The notes beneath the pieces were generated by a model. The model saw only the letters and a list, made by a program, of their open reading frames with translations. It had not been told where the DNA came from and did no database searches. Made by a program: the position numbers and the translations under genes. 64,000 nt of DNA from Azolla caroliniana (lineage: Eukaryota > Plantae > Polypodiophyta), in NCBI GenBank assembly GCA_043228905.1, contig JBHGNT010000015.1:9796001-9860000 (forward strand), read 5' to 3'. Shown in pieces: positions 51,101 through 63,191 of this stretch; the stretch's first letter is position 1, and each line of letters starts with the position of its first letter.

Positions 51101-52848
51101 ATGACCTAATGTTTCGTCTTGACTCCAGACCGGCTTGTGATAAGAAACGGTTCCGACAAATTGCTGGAAGTCTTATTTATTTGACAATCACCTGACCCAA
51201 CATTAGCTATCCAGTCAGAGTAATAAGTTAATTCATGCAAAAGTCGACTGTGGAGCACCTTCAGTGCGTGCACCGAATACTGAGGTACGTTAGCGGCACT
51301 AAGGACTAAGGACTATTTTACCGTCATGGTATAACTGAGAAGCTGGTCGGATATACAGATGCCGATTGGGCCAGAGATGCATCGGATCGACGATCCACTT
51401 CTGGATTCATGTTCTCTCTAGGTAGCGCGGCTGTTGGGTGGAGTAGCAAAAAGCAATTGACAGTGGCCCTATCAAGCACTGAGATTGAGTATCAGGGCAC
51501 TACTGTTGCCACTAGTGAAGCCATCTGGCTTCGGCGGCTGTTGCAAGACCTCCGGATCGAAGTACTGACTCCGATCCCGATCTATTGCGACAACATGAGC
51601 AACATGCAGCTAGCCAAGAACCCTGTGTTCCATGCTCAGACGAAGCACATAGAAGTGCATTATCACTTTGTGTGCGAGTGGGTCCTCAATGGTGAAGTAG
51701 AACTCCGGTATGTCCGGATGGATCGGCAAGTTGCCGACATGTTCACGAAGGCCCTTGGAACTGACAAGTTGCAACATTTTTCGGCGATGCTTGGTCTTCA
51801 ACATCTCAACATGCCGCACTTGAGGGAGAGAACCGGTACTGATACGGGGAGATTTGGAACAGGGGGAGACAAAAAGAAAGAGGAAGCTGAGTTGACCGAA
51901 GAAGTCACACATCCGATAAAGTCGGAACAAGTGGCGATGGTGATAGAGTTAAGAAGGACAGAGCCGAGCGGAACAAGAAGGCCAAGACATAGACGTGGTC
52001 CGACATGGTGAAAAGCCCGAAGGTTAAAGACAAATTGGAGACAGCCAATTCGGACAAGAGTTGGAATGAATAAGAGGCAGCCGGTTCTGAAGAGGAGTTC
52101 GACTCGGAGGAGCCTGATCAACTGAAGGCCAAACGGACAAGGAGACAGCAGAAGTTGACACTGACACAGAGGGACTGACGGGTTGAGAAGCGCCGAAGTC
52201 GCAACAACAAGGGAGTTGAGAAGGGCCTTATGAGTAGACAAGCTGACCGAGAAGGTCGAGGTACGCGTGATTGGACGGGTCATGGGAAGCGGAACCAGAT
52301 GGGTCGAGGAGTGTGAACAACACGGGAAGATGCCAAGAGGAGCCAGAGGGAAAGACCGGCAGACGCAAACACAAACACAATGATCCGACCTCAAATTGAG
52401 CTTCAAGGGGAGTGTTGAGCGGACAAGCTCAACCGGATCCGGATCGGTTGCATAAGCCAGAGCCGGAATGGAGTCTGGGATGAAGAACCGGATAGGTATC
52501 TGGATCGGTATTCGGAAACTGGATTTGGATTGTAGCGGGTAGGCCGTTAAAGGCCTACGAATCTAGCCTAGTACGTAGGAGTATCTTTGGGAGTTAGTGT
52601 CAGTTGCTCGTATGAGCATTGAAGTACTTGTCAGTACTTCTGTCAATCCTTTTAAGGACTTGAATAAAAAGTGTTTTGTAGGACATTTGTATACATAGAG
52701 TGTTATTATTTTGAATTGAGATATATTGTTCCGTTCTCTCTTTCTCTCTCTATCTTTGTGATTCAAGCTTCCATTAAACCTTGTCTATGTTTTCTGTTGC
52801 TGTCCGGATAAACTGGTTTGTCAAAGCTTCCGCATATTAACTTTGACA
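44898..52848 (+). mobile_element. Rearranged Ty1/Copia complex with a duplicated RT-RNase H block
   Basis: LTR ~44898-45294 with PBS tggtattagagc 45297-45308; gag start ~46180; diverged RT/RNase H block 46370-48640; GAG-pre-integrase/integrase 48770-49800; RT/RNase H 50240-51820; PPT aaggggag and LTR 52413-52848. The two LTRs do not match each other. Confidence 0.85.
45100..45174. repeat. Compound (TC)n(AC)n microsatellite inside an LTR
   Basis: Directly visible. Confidence 0.95.
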
Positions 52849-55781
52849 CCGAGCACAGGGAATCCGGCTCGAGTATACCATGCCAAAGATGCCAGAGCTT
52901 AATGGGCTGGCCGAGAGAATGAACCGAACTGTAATGGAGAGGGTCCAAAGTATGCTTGCACATGCGAAGTTACCAAGGAAGTTCTGGGCTGAGGCAGTGA
53001 TGATGACAACGTATGGGATAAATTGATCACCCTTTGTACCCTTGGAAGGCGATCTTCCACAAAGGGTGTGGAGCGGCAAAGACATATTGTACCGTCACTT
53101 GAGGTTGTTCGGTTGTCTTGCCTATGTGCATGTTGCAAAGGATCAGAGGGGGAAGTTGGATCCAAAATCTTGGCCATGCATATTTCTCGGCTACGACAAT
53201 GATGAATTCGGCATCGGCTATGGGACTTAGCTGAGAAGAAAGTGATTAGGAGCCGCGACATTGTCTTTATGGAGGAAAAGACAATTGTCGATTAGGAGAT
53301 TGAGAATAAATCTCCAATTACCGAATCGAGCTGAGTTGATGCGTGTGTGACCAAGAGTGACACAATATGCACTAGGTCCGCATTGTACATTCCAATGTGG
53401 AGTGGCTAGGGTTGAGGCATGTTGTGCACTGCACTGCCGGCTGAAATCACAGGTCTTTCAAGAGGAAATCAATTCGATCAAAATCGAATACAAGCCAGTC
53501 AGCCGATTTAATACTTAGGAAAATCGAGAATAGACTGAGAACAAGGGGAACCAGCCAAACGAGGAATCGAATCCGACTCAGCCGAGGAAGTCGAAGATGA
53601 ACCAACCGTGCCGAACGGAGTCCGAAGATATCCCCTAAGAGAGAGAGAAGCCCCCCCCGAAGATTTCCACATGAAGAGCTTGTGCTGCTAACCGATGAGG
53701 GGGAGCCAGAAAGCTTCGAAGAAGCTAAACACGATACCCACAACCGAAAGTGGTTAAATGCCATGCAAGAGGAGATGAATTCCTTGCATGAGGACCACAC
53801 ATATGAATTGACCGAGTTGCCGAAAGGGAAGAAGGCACTACGGAATAAGTGGGTATACAAACTAAAGCCAATAGATGGCGGAAATCCACCCAGATACAAA
53901 GCACGAATTCAATTTCGACGAAATATTTGCCCTGGTCGTGAAGATGATGTCAATCTGAATAGTGTTGTGCATAGTGGCCATCATGAATCTTGAAGTTGAG
54001 CAATTGGATGTCATGACAACATTTCTGCATGGTGATCTCAAAGAGGACATCTATATGCACCAACCGGAAGGATTCGTGGAGAAAGGTAAAGAGAACCTGG
54101 TATGTCGATTGAGAAAGAGCTTGTATGGGCTAAAGCAGGCACCTCGACAATGGTACCGAAAATTCAAATCCTTCATGACCAACAAAATGCAGGCCGATCA
54201 ATGCGTGTTTGTGAAGAAATTTGATGGAGGTGATTTACTCATCCTCCTGTTGTACGTGAACAACATGCTGATTATTAGACTGGACCATACGAAGATCTGA
54301 GTGCTAAAGAAGGCCGTGAGCAAATCGTTCTTGGTGAAGGATATGGGCCCAACAAAGAAAATCCTAGGGATGCACATTGTTCGGGATCAAACAAAAAAAT
54401 TATTGTGGATGTCATAGGAGAAATACTTGATAAAGGTGCTCTAGAGATTCGGCATGGAAAGCGTGAAACCAATTAGCTCGACACTGCAGATGAATTGCAA
54501 GCTAAGCAAAGATCAATGTCTGAAATCGAAAACCGAGAAGGCCGAGATGTCAAGAGCCCCTTATGCCTCGGTGGTTGGAAGCCTTATGTACGCGATGGTA
54601 TGTACTAGGCCGGACATAGGATACACAGTCGGAGTGGTCAGCCAATATATGAGCAATCCCGACAGAGAGCATTAGGCTGTTGTGAAGTGGATACTTCGGT
54701 ACTTGAGAGGCACCTCGAGCGTGTGTCTTCGATTCTGCTTGGGTAACCCCACATTGGAAATTTACACGGATTCAGACATGTTGGTTGATGCTGATACCAG
54801 CCAATCCACGTCTGGATACGTGATGACTTGCATAGGGGGAGCTGTTTCATGGCAATCGAGGCTAAAGAAGGTCGTGGCGTTGTCAACTACGGATGCCGAG
54901 TATATGGAAGCAATGGAAGCCGGCAAGGAAATAACATGGATAAAGGATTTTATCAGTGAGTTGGGAATTCGATAGGAAGAATTTCAACTCTACGACGATA
55001 ATCAGAGTTCCATCCATCTTGCCAAGAATGCCACCTAAACTTGAGGACCAAGCACATCAAAAGGAGATACCATTGCCTCCGAGAGCGAGTAGAAGAGAAG
55101 GACTTTGCTCTGATGAAGATTCACACGGTGGAGAATGGATTAGATATGCTGACGAAGGTGATGTCAGCCGAAAAGCTAAACGCGTGCCGATAGAGAGTCG
55201 GTTTCGTGAAGTGCCCCATGCCGGAGTGAAGGGGGAGTTTGTTGGGAAACAGGTCCCTCCAGATGGGAAGAGAAGAATTGAGTTGATGAGTAAGTCGGCC
55301 GAGGCCGAAACTGAAATCGAGGATATAACCAACTCGGGAGACTATATTTATAAATAGTCGAAATGTGCCCCATGTGGGCTATGTATGTAAATAGCTAGAA
55401 AGTTGTATTGGTATAAATACAACTAGCGCAAACCTTGTGAAGGTGTGATGTATCATTATTGTGGGATAATTAGAACGAGGTCGTTGGGTCTGCAACTGAG
55501 AGCGAGAGAGCGAGACTATAACTCTATATCTGTCTGTTAGAAAAAGGAGAACTTGAGGTCATTGCCTCTGAGTTTCTCATTGTGCTTCTCCTCTATTTGA
55601 GTGGTCTGTTTTGGAGTTTATGAACTCCATGTGGTTTTTCCCAGTTCGGGTTTCCATGTTAAATATCTTTTGTCTCTGTCTTTCGTTTTCTGCCACTCGT
55701 TTCTGTCTGTGCATTGCCTTGCTCATTTCTGTGCACCTGAACGCATACGTGAAACCGGTTGTGGCCAGTTGATTCTCAACA
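52849..55781 (+). mobile_element. 3' half of a Tnt1/Tork-like Copia with its 3' LTR
   Basis: ELNGLAERMNRT; QLDVMTTFLHG; MVCTRPDI; GGAVSWQSRL; PPT gaagggggag; LTR 55240-55781. Confidence 0.9.
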
Positions 55782-55784
55782 CAT

Positions 55785-57889
55785 TGTTAAGCGCTGGAAT
55801 AACAACACAACCAGTCACGAATAAGAACGTATCAACAAGGACATAGACGAAGAGGAAACAACAAGAGGAAAGGAAAGCAAAGAGACGGTCGAGTGTGAAA
55901 GGCCCATACCCTAAACCTGAAAGCTATATAAACCACATAGTAGTGGCTTTGTGGGGGTTCTCCCATTTGTAAAGATCTCCTATTGATTAGAGCTAGATGT
56001 TCCTCTTCTCCTTCTTGTAACCTTTGAGCTTAAGAGAGATTAGTGAGGTGTTTAGTTAGAGAACACTAATCTCTCTCCTTGTTGGTGCTAGACCTCTTAG
56101 CAAAGAGGAATAAACATACTCTTCCTTCTTATTGTCTATATCTATTAGCCTATTGTCTATGAGAGAGAGCTTGAGAGAGTGAGAGAGATATCGTGCTCAA
56201 TCATTTACTAATCGTTAAGTGAGTGTGAGGCTCGGAGGTATCCGACAACCATCTCCGCCCAGTTCGCCATCAAGAGGGTATATGCCGGTTTGAATCCCAC
56301 CACGACATCGAGGAGCTTACTCCATCGATACATAGATCCTTAACATCTATTTGGTGCCGCTACCAGGGATACGACCGACGCTTGAAGCCTATTTTCGAGT
56401 AGTCAAAAACTCGGAGGCAAACCACTTAACGAAGGAAGAAACCGCAAGAGAACCACCATTTTCTGTTTTTCTCATTATTTCATAGTTTAATTAAGTCGAT
56501 TTTCTATTTTCCCACCGGCGCCCGCCTCGCCGAATTGGAATATACCACAGATAACCAAACCTAGGTCGGGGCGAGCACCCCCGAATATGAAGACTCGTAC
56601 CGGGAGTATGGCATTGAAGAAGAGGTGTTGTCCCACTTCGTGGACTTCGAAGGTGACCAAATACCAGTGTACGTCCTGAGGGGGGAACAACATGGACCCC
56701 CTATGGGATACCACAACAACAATGGTCTAAGGAGGTCAAAATTGAAATGCTTCAATTGCCAAGCCCACATATGGTTAACGACTGCCCAACCAAACATGAA
56801 TACTACAACCAGATGGCCCAACGACCACTATACCTCCCACTTGACACACCCCCACAACCACCGGCGCAAGGTCTCACCCAACAGTCGCAAGAACTTATTG
56901 AATGGTTCCAAAGAGAAGCATCATGTCCAAGGTGCGGTAAAGAACACTTAGTACTTGATTGCCCAGAAAAGAAGAAAAGGGTCGGCACAAATCTGTTGTC
57001 CATTGTACCATCCACGATCGGTGCCAATGTCATCACACAGGCCCAACGAGTAGCGCATAATTTAAAATATCAAGATCACGGTCTCCCCGCGACCGCATGT
57101 AAGAGAAGAAAATCTAGAAAGAATAATTCCACGCAGACCTCAAAACAAGGTCAAGAACCGGAGGGAGACATAGAAAAATTACTTGTCAACCCGAATCAAG
57201 AACTACCGGCACACCTAGCGGCATACCCAAACCCAGTAGCTGAGAAACAAAAGGTAGAAGAATACACTTACTGGGAGATCACCACCCACAGTGCACCCAG
57301 GGGTGTGCACTCATTAGGTTGGGGGGGATGGTAAGCGCTGGCATAACAACACAACCAGTCATGAATAAGAACGCATCAACAAGGACGTAGACGAAGAGGA
57401 AACGACAAGAGGAAAGGAAAGCAAAGAGACGGTCAAGTGTGAAAGGCCCATACCCTAAACGTGAAAGCTATATAAACCACATAGTAGTGGCTTTGTGTGG
57501 GTTCTCCCATTTGTAAAGATCTCCTATTGATTAGAGCTAGAGCTTCCTCTCCTCCTTCTTGTAACCTTTGAGCTTAAGAGAGATTAGGGAGGTGTTTAGT
57601 TAGAGAACACTAATCTCTCTCCTTGTGGGTGCTAGACCTCTTAGCAAAGAGGAATAAACATACTCTTCCTTCTTATTGTCTATATCTATTAGCCTATTGT
57701 CTATGAGAGAGAGCTTGAGAGAGTGAGAGAGATATCATGCTCAATCATTTACTAATCGTTAAGTGAGTGTGAGGCTCGGAGGTATTCGACAACCATCTCC
57801 GCCCAGTTCGCCATCAAGAGGGTATACGCCGGTCCGAATCCTGCCACGACATCGAGGAGCTTACTCCATCGATACATAGATCGTTAACA
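55785..57889 (+). mobile_element. 2.1-kb non-autonomous LTR retroelement (Gypsy-type PBS) encoding only zinc knuckles
   Basis: 561-bp LTRs 55785-56345 and 57329-57889; perfect TSD cacat; PBS tggtgccgctaccaggga ~56352; PPT ggggggga; CFNC..PHMVNDCP and CPRCGKEHLVLDCP. Confidence 0.92.
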
Positions 57890-57946
57890 CACATGCCACC
57901 GAATGAATCTTACATTTTCTTTCTTTTGTTTGAATTTTAGAACTTT

Positions 57947-58473
57947 GCTCTGATACAAGTTTGTAAAAAGCGTTCTTGGCCACAACCGAGTTCCAAACAC
58001 CCAATGGAAGAAACAAAATAGAAATGAAGATTGTACACTTACGAGAGAAGACAACACCGTATGTTAACGTGGAAAACCCCGAGAGGCAAAACCATGATAG
58101 TTTGCAAAATTCAAATAGGATCACTATAGGAGAGAGGAAAGGTACATATAGGAAACTCAGAGGCAACGACCTCTAGCTCTATATCTTCGCCAACAGGCGG
58201 TTACAATAGAGATGTAGGTTTTTGTATCTCTCTCTATACCAGAAGAAAAATCAGAATCTACAACTAATTATTATTGCCCTAGTTATATTTATACTTATAT
58301 AATTTTAGGAATATTTACAAATATGGCCTCAACAAGCGCATCCGAACATATTTATTAATTTGTCCCTACTTCTTCTTCACATTGGATCCGGCCGGATACC
58401 TTTCGGATCCATCCAGTCCGGTTTCTTCCTCCGCCTCGTCCGGTTCCCATCGGGAGGGACCAGTTTCCCAACA
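57947..58473 (-). mobile_element. 5' LTR (57962-58473) and Met PBS of a Copia related to the 55240 LTR
   Basis: Minus strand reads TGTTGGGAAACTGGTCCCTC...TTTTACA, then ttgtatcagagc. Confidence 0.85.
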
Positions 58474-58679
58474 TTTTCCTATATAAAGGGGGCATGTGTA
58501 TTGTATATGTAGGGCTTAATATAGAGATAACTTTCGGTTATACATTGTTTGTGTATATTATTCATGTCTATGTGTTTCTAAGTTTCCAAGTTGTAAGTTA
58601 AGTGTTGTGTGCCATCTTGATTCGGTTTTAGCCAATTCGACCAGAGTCGATCCAACCATAGTCGATTCAATTATCGGCT

Positions 58680-59956
58680 AGTTATTGTGGTTGCGATGTA
58701 TTTCGATTTCTCATACCATGATCTTTGGTGAAGGGTATTCAGGGATTGAATATTCAACCCCTGTTTACTGAAAGGATGAACATTTCGAAAAAGCAACCCA
58801 TATGATATGCCAACTAAAGTTCTCATTATCCATATGGGAAAACTTGGAGTGTAAACAAGAAGCATGATGTGGTCTAAAATATCTTGTGTAAACTCATCTG
58901 AACCAATACTTGAGCAGATATCAAGCAATCTTGAATCTAAAGGTGTCTCAAAAACATTTGTTAGCATTAATCATAGATGATTAGGGCTTAAAAGGACTTG
59001 TTCTTGATTATCATAAGTTGGGTTCCTTGGTTTTGGTGCAAAATAAGAGCGTTACAATAAGGCATCAGTTTTACTTGTTGTATTCTTGGTCAATATGTTA
59101 TTACAAAGTTTAACCGTGTCAGAAACTGTGCCAATCGAGCTTGTTGTCAATTTAGGACTCCAACAATTTGAAAGTATGTGAGGTTCTTATGATCAATGTA
59201 AACAAACATTTGGTGAGGATAACCTTCCAAGAAGTGATATCATTGCTCAAAAGAGTCAACGATTGCTAACAATTCTTTGTTGTGAATTTCATAATTGATT
59301 TCTATAAGTTCAAATTGGTCCCCATGGTGGTTCCTTTTCGGGATGCAAATCAATGGGACAAACATATGGCCGATGATTAGGAAGTGTCTTGGCCTTTACC
59401 TTATCAAATACAACGGAGAATTCTTGATACTTTGATGGTAATTGAACCTTAGAATCTTGTGGGTTTGAAAACGGGGTTATGACCACTGCAAACATGAACA
59501 TCTCTTCTACCCTAGCTTCTTTACGTAATCTTTGTAGAGAGCTAGTTTATATATGTCTTGGCCTTAACTTTGAGGTTGATGCGGTGAGGAGCCTTGAATT
59601 GTTGTTGTCTTGTGATTCTATGATTTGACGATTCCTCTAATCAATCTTTGGATTATGAACTTCGAACCAAGGCAACCCAAGAACAATTGGATGTTAGATA
59701 TTGCTTATGATATTGAAAGACATACAACACGTTCGCATTCACAAGTGAAAGGATCGTGCATAAGTGGAAAGATAAGGAATATTTTGTTTGACTTTGGCCA
59801 TTTTTTTTCCATTTCACAAAACACCTTGATACTTGTATCACATGTTCTCAAAAACTTGACGCTTCCTCTAATCAATCTTTGGATTATGAACTTCGAACCA
59901 AGGCAACCCAAGAACAATTGGATGTTCGATATTGCTTATGATATTGAAAGACATAC
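58680..59956 (-). mobile_element. Third Tcn1-like fragment (protease to RNase H/integrase linker, RT deleted); continues at 63478-63565
   Basis: LGLPWFEVHNPKID; LPSKYQEFSVVFDKVKA...PWGPI fused straight to NYEIHNKELLAIVDSF; IIDEYSIAFGDTIEETEPMCVVL at 63482-63563. Confidence 0.85.
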
Positions 59957-60089
59957 AACATGTTCGCATTCACAAGTGAAAGGATCATGCATAAGTGGAA
60001 AGATAAGGAATATTCTATTTGATTTTGGGCTTTTTTTGCCATCTCACAAAACACCTTGATACTTGTATCACATGTTCTCAAAAACTTGA
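59625..60089. repeat. ~231-bp tandem duplication spanning the left end of the TIR element
   Basis: Units start at 59625 and 59856; TTGA microhomology. Confidence 0.95.
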
Positions 60090-60429
60090 TGAAAAAGTTA
60101 AAAATTTCACCATTTGGTAAAATTGAAAAATGTCAAATTTTGGTGCAATACAAAAAAGTAACTTTATGTATGTTTAAGGAAAAATGACAAGTAATAAGTT
60201 TTTAGATCTTAAAGAAATCAGACACAAAAGATTTCAAAACAATAAACCTTTTTATATCATTCGATAAAATGTTGCGTAAATCTGTTACATATCGTTGCAC
60301 AAAATATACATTCAGGATTTTTTTGCATCATTGTGATTACTCCTTTCATGAGAATTTCTACTATAGCTAATATACAATTGTGACTCTACCTCCTCATTTT
60401 CAAATTTAACAATCAAAGCATTGTCTTCA

Positions 60430-60940
60430 TCTAAAACCAAATGGTGTCTCCAAATTGTGTGCACTAAATCTTGTTCTCCTTCAATCTGAGACACCTTCTA
60501 GACTTGGTAATTTCTCTTTTATTATGTCTATTGTTGTCTTCCTTAAACATCCAACTTTTATCAATGTAAAGTCATACACAATCATATCCACCTCACTAAT
60601 GTCAATGATAGATGTATTACAAAGCTTTATTGCATCACCACGTCCACCAATCCAGAATTAGTGCCCTAGGTCATGTCCATCGACATGTGTAGCTATTAAT
60701 ATCCCCATCTTGAGTTCTTGCAAGTTTCCTTGACACCTAAGTTATGATCATGTTGTCATCCTTGGTTTCACATAAATGTTTCTCTGTTGTGGATGGACCA
60801 AACTATGAAGATCAACATTAAGTGCTTCAAGTGGTGATTGAGAACCACAAGAATATTTTATAGTCCATGCAAATGGAATTTGCAAAGTCCGATCCATCAA
60901 CACAATTGTTAATGGTTTTTTATTAATCAATGAAAAACAT
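60430..60940 (-). pseudogene. Decayed coding remnant, possibly a transposase C-terminus
   Basis: Reads LKMGILIATHVDGHDLGH*FWI...IDISEVDMIVYDFTLIKVGCLRKTTIDII and points toward the left TIR. No catalytic motif visible. Confidence 0.4.
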
Positions 60941-61029
60941 GTCCACCATAAGGTATCTTGTTGTGCAACATACTTCTCTACATTATCGATATGCTTCTTT
61001 TTCTCTTGTAAAAACAGAGATTTCAGTAC

Positions 61030-61480
61030 AATTCGAGTTCATGTTTAAAAAAGTTTTTTTATTTGGAAAAGAAAGAAAATTTTTAATTTTTTTTCGGAAA
61101 AAAACTTTGAACTTGAGTTGGTGTAAAAAAAGGAGTTTTCATCACAATTCGATACAATGTATCAAATTCCTATTTAAAGTTTTTTTTTTTGTTATTATTA
61201 TTATTTATTTTTTGGGGTTTTTGTGTTATTTTTTTCGGGGAAAAAAATGTTTTAAACATGAATTCAATACTTGGATCGAACTATGATGAAAAATCTAGTT
61301 TTTACATGTACTCGATACCATGTATCGAGTTCATGTAAAAAACCGAGTTTTCTATCTGAACGTGATACATTGTATCGAGTTCATGTAAAAAATTGATTTT
61401 TCTATATGAACTCGATACAATGTATCGAATTGTACTGCGAAGACTCTATTTTAAAAGGAATCTCGATACAAAGTATTTGT
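61030..61480. repeat. Array of spaced palindromes CTCGATAC-N3-GTATCGAG
   Basis: Perfect copy at 61311-61329; variants at ~61148, 61263, 61361, 61411, 61462. Confidence 0.85.
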
Positions 61481-62079
61481 ACCGAATTGATTATTAAAAT
61501 TACTATTCAATGATCGAGTTGTTGAATAAATTTTATATTTTCACAAATAATCCTATTTTTGTAATGAATTGCTTGATTTTCCATTAGAAATTTGCTTGAT
61601 GGGAGTGTTTTTACTACACTATTTCGTGTTTGTTTAAGATATTATTTAACAAAAATTCATTAATTTTTGGGATATTTCGCATCTACATGTTCCTTCTTGG
61701 CATTTAGAGGCCTTTTCTAGAATTAATCTATATTTAAACATATAAGTTGTCAAAAATTACTTTTTGGTTCATATAAGTGAGTTTCTATGTATTCTTCAAT
61801 CTTGCCCTTAAAAGATCAACTAAAAATAAGGATTAGCGTACAGTCAAGGAAATACGTTTGAAATATCAAGGCTCGCCTTTAGAATCTCTCAACGTAAGGA
61901 AGCCATGTATAGTTAGAGAACAAAGAAATATTGTTCAACAATGACATACCAAGATAGTGACAGTAAGAAAAATAGAGAAATTAAAGATATTCTTGATTTT
62001 CCTACATCATTTCTTGCACATTTTGAATGAGACCATAAAGAAAAGGATTGACATTTAGTGAAGTCATATGGTGTAGAAG

Positions 62080-63191
62080 ATGGTGGCACTTTTAAGTAAA
62101 TTTAGCCACAAAATGGATATCACCCAAGATTTATACGATATTGTCTATTGTGGTGATGTGGTTGAGATTATACACATATTCCCAATGAAGGAATACATAT
62201 TATTGATTGTGGACATACCATATGGATTTTGTATGGTTGGATCAACATATGATGATGAACCATTTATGTTCAAACAACTTGTGAAGATGGTGAAAGATTT
62301 CGCACAGTTGATGACAACATCCTTATGGAGAGTTGTTGTTAGGGTTATGTTCTAAAGTAAGCCCATGATAAGGATAATAAAGATAGATTAATAAGAAAGG
62401 AGAGAGAGAAAGAAGGGTGCCGATCCACCCAACCACCCCCGAGCGAAGGGATCGAGACGAACTCGAGCCTCGATTGGCGTTCCATACCACCGCCGTGGCG
62501 TTGAGTCGTACCTAGTGCTGGCACGTTCGCTACAAGGGTTGACCCACCACAAGAATGGAGTCTCGACGTAGTCAATAGATGATCAAATGAGGGTAGCTAG
62601 GCCTCATATTTATAGCCAAACCCAAGGCCCCCAAGCAAGTTCACAGTTGGCCTAATGGGTTGTTTCAATCCCGAGGATTAAAAGTAATCTTTCCCTTTTT
62701 TACACTCTCATTTAACTCTCACACTTTATCCACATGTATAGAATACTACGGTAAATTCTCACCATGGGATATTATATGGTCATGCCTGTAACAATTGCCA
62801 TATTCCATAGCATGGACCAAAGATACTTTGTTGCACAGGCCTTGAGATCTCATTGCCATGGGATAGAAAACCTTGAGCTTTGGTAAGGAATATTTATCTT
62901 ATATGGAGAATTTTGATTTGCCCATCTATACATTCTACTTAATATTGATATTTGTCATTTGAAATGTTCTCCAATGAAGAAGATTGGATACTAGATTTGT
63001 TCTTCGGCTTGGGTAAATTATTATAACTTTGTTTGCTATGCCTTTAAAAATCAATATAGTTTATGTTTAGCTAAAGCAATCTTCATTTTAAATTGTTAAT
63101 AGGTACTACATCTACATTTGCATTGAAGCTATTCAAAAGTACTGTTGCACTAAAAAAGGATGATGAGCAAATGAGTTTCATTAACAAGTAA
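62080..63191 (+). pseudogene. Beta-class DNA amino-methyltransferase (N6-adenine/N4-cytosine type), intron-containing, disrupted
   Basis: IVYCGDVVEII...LLIVDIPYG (motif IV, 62212-62226). After the solo LTR is removed the frame rejoins as WRVVIFHSMDQ. Then EMFSNEEDWILDLFFGLG, a 90-nt GT-AG intron (63013-63102), and TTSTFALKLFKSTVALKKDDEQ (motifs I-II). Confidence 0.82.
62337..62793 (-). mobile_element. Solo LTR inserted in the methyltransferase exon
   Basis: TGTTA...TAACA ends; degenerate TSD gttgt/attgc; TATA on the minus strand at ~62608-62616; host frame rejoins exactly. Confidence 0.8.

Noticed and set aside
51798-52406. 202-aa antisense ORF in the long Copia 3' region (possible env-like or extra ORF)
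   Set aside because: Non-ATG start, low-complexity complement of a purine-rich tract, no recognisable motif; conservation cannot be tested here.
62080-63191. Bacterial contamination as the source of the methyltransferase
   Set aside because: It contains a spliceosomal intron and a solo LTR, and lies inside a TIR element nested in a plant chromovirus.
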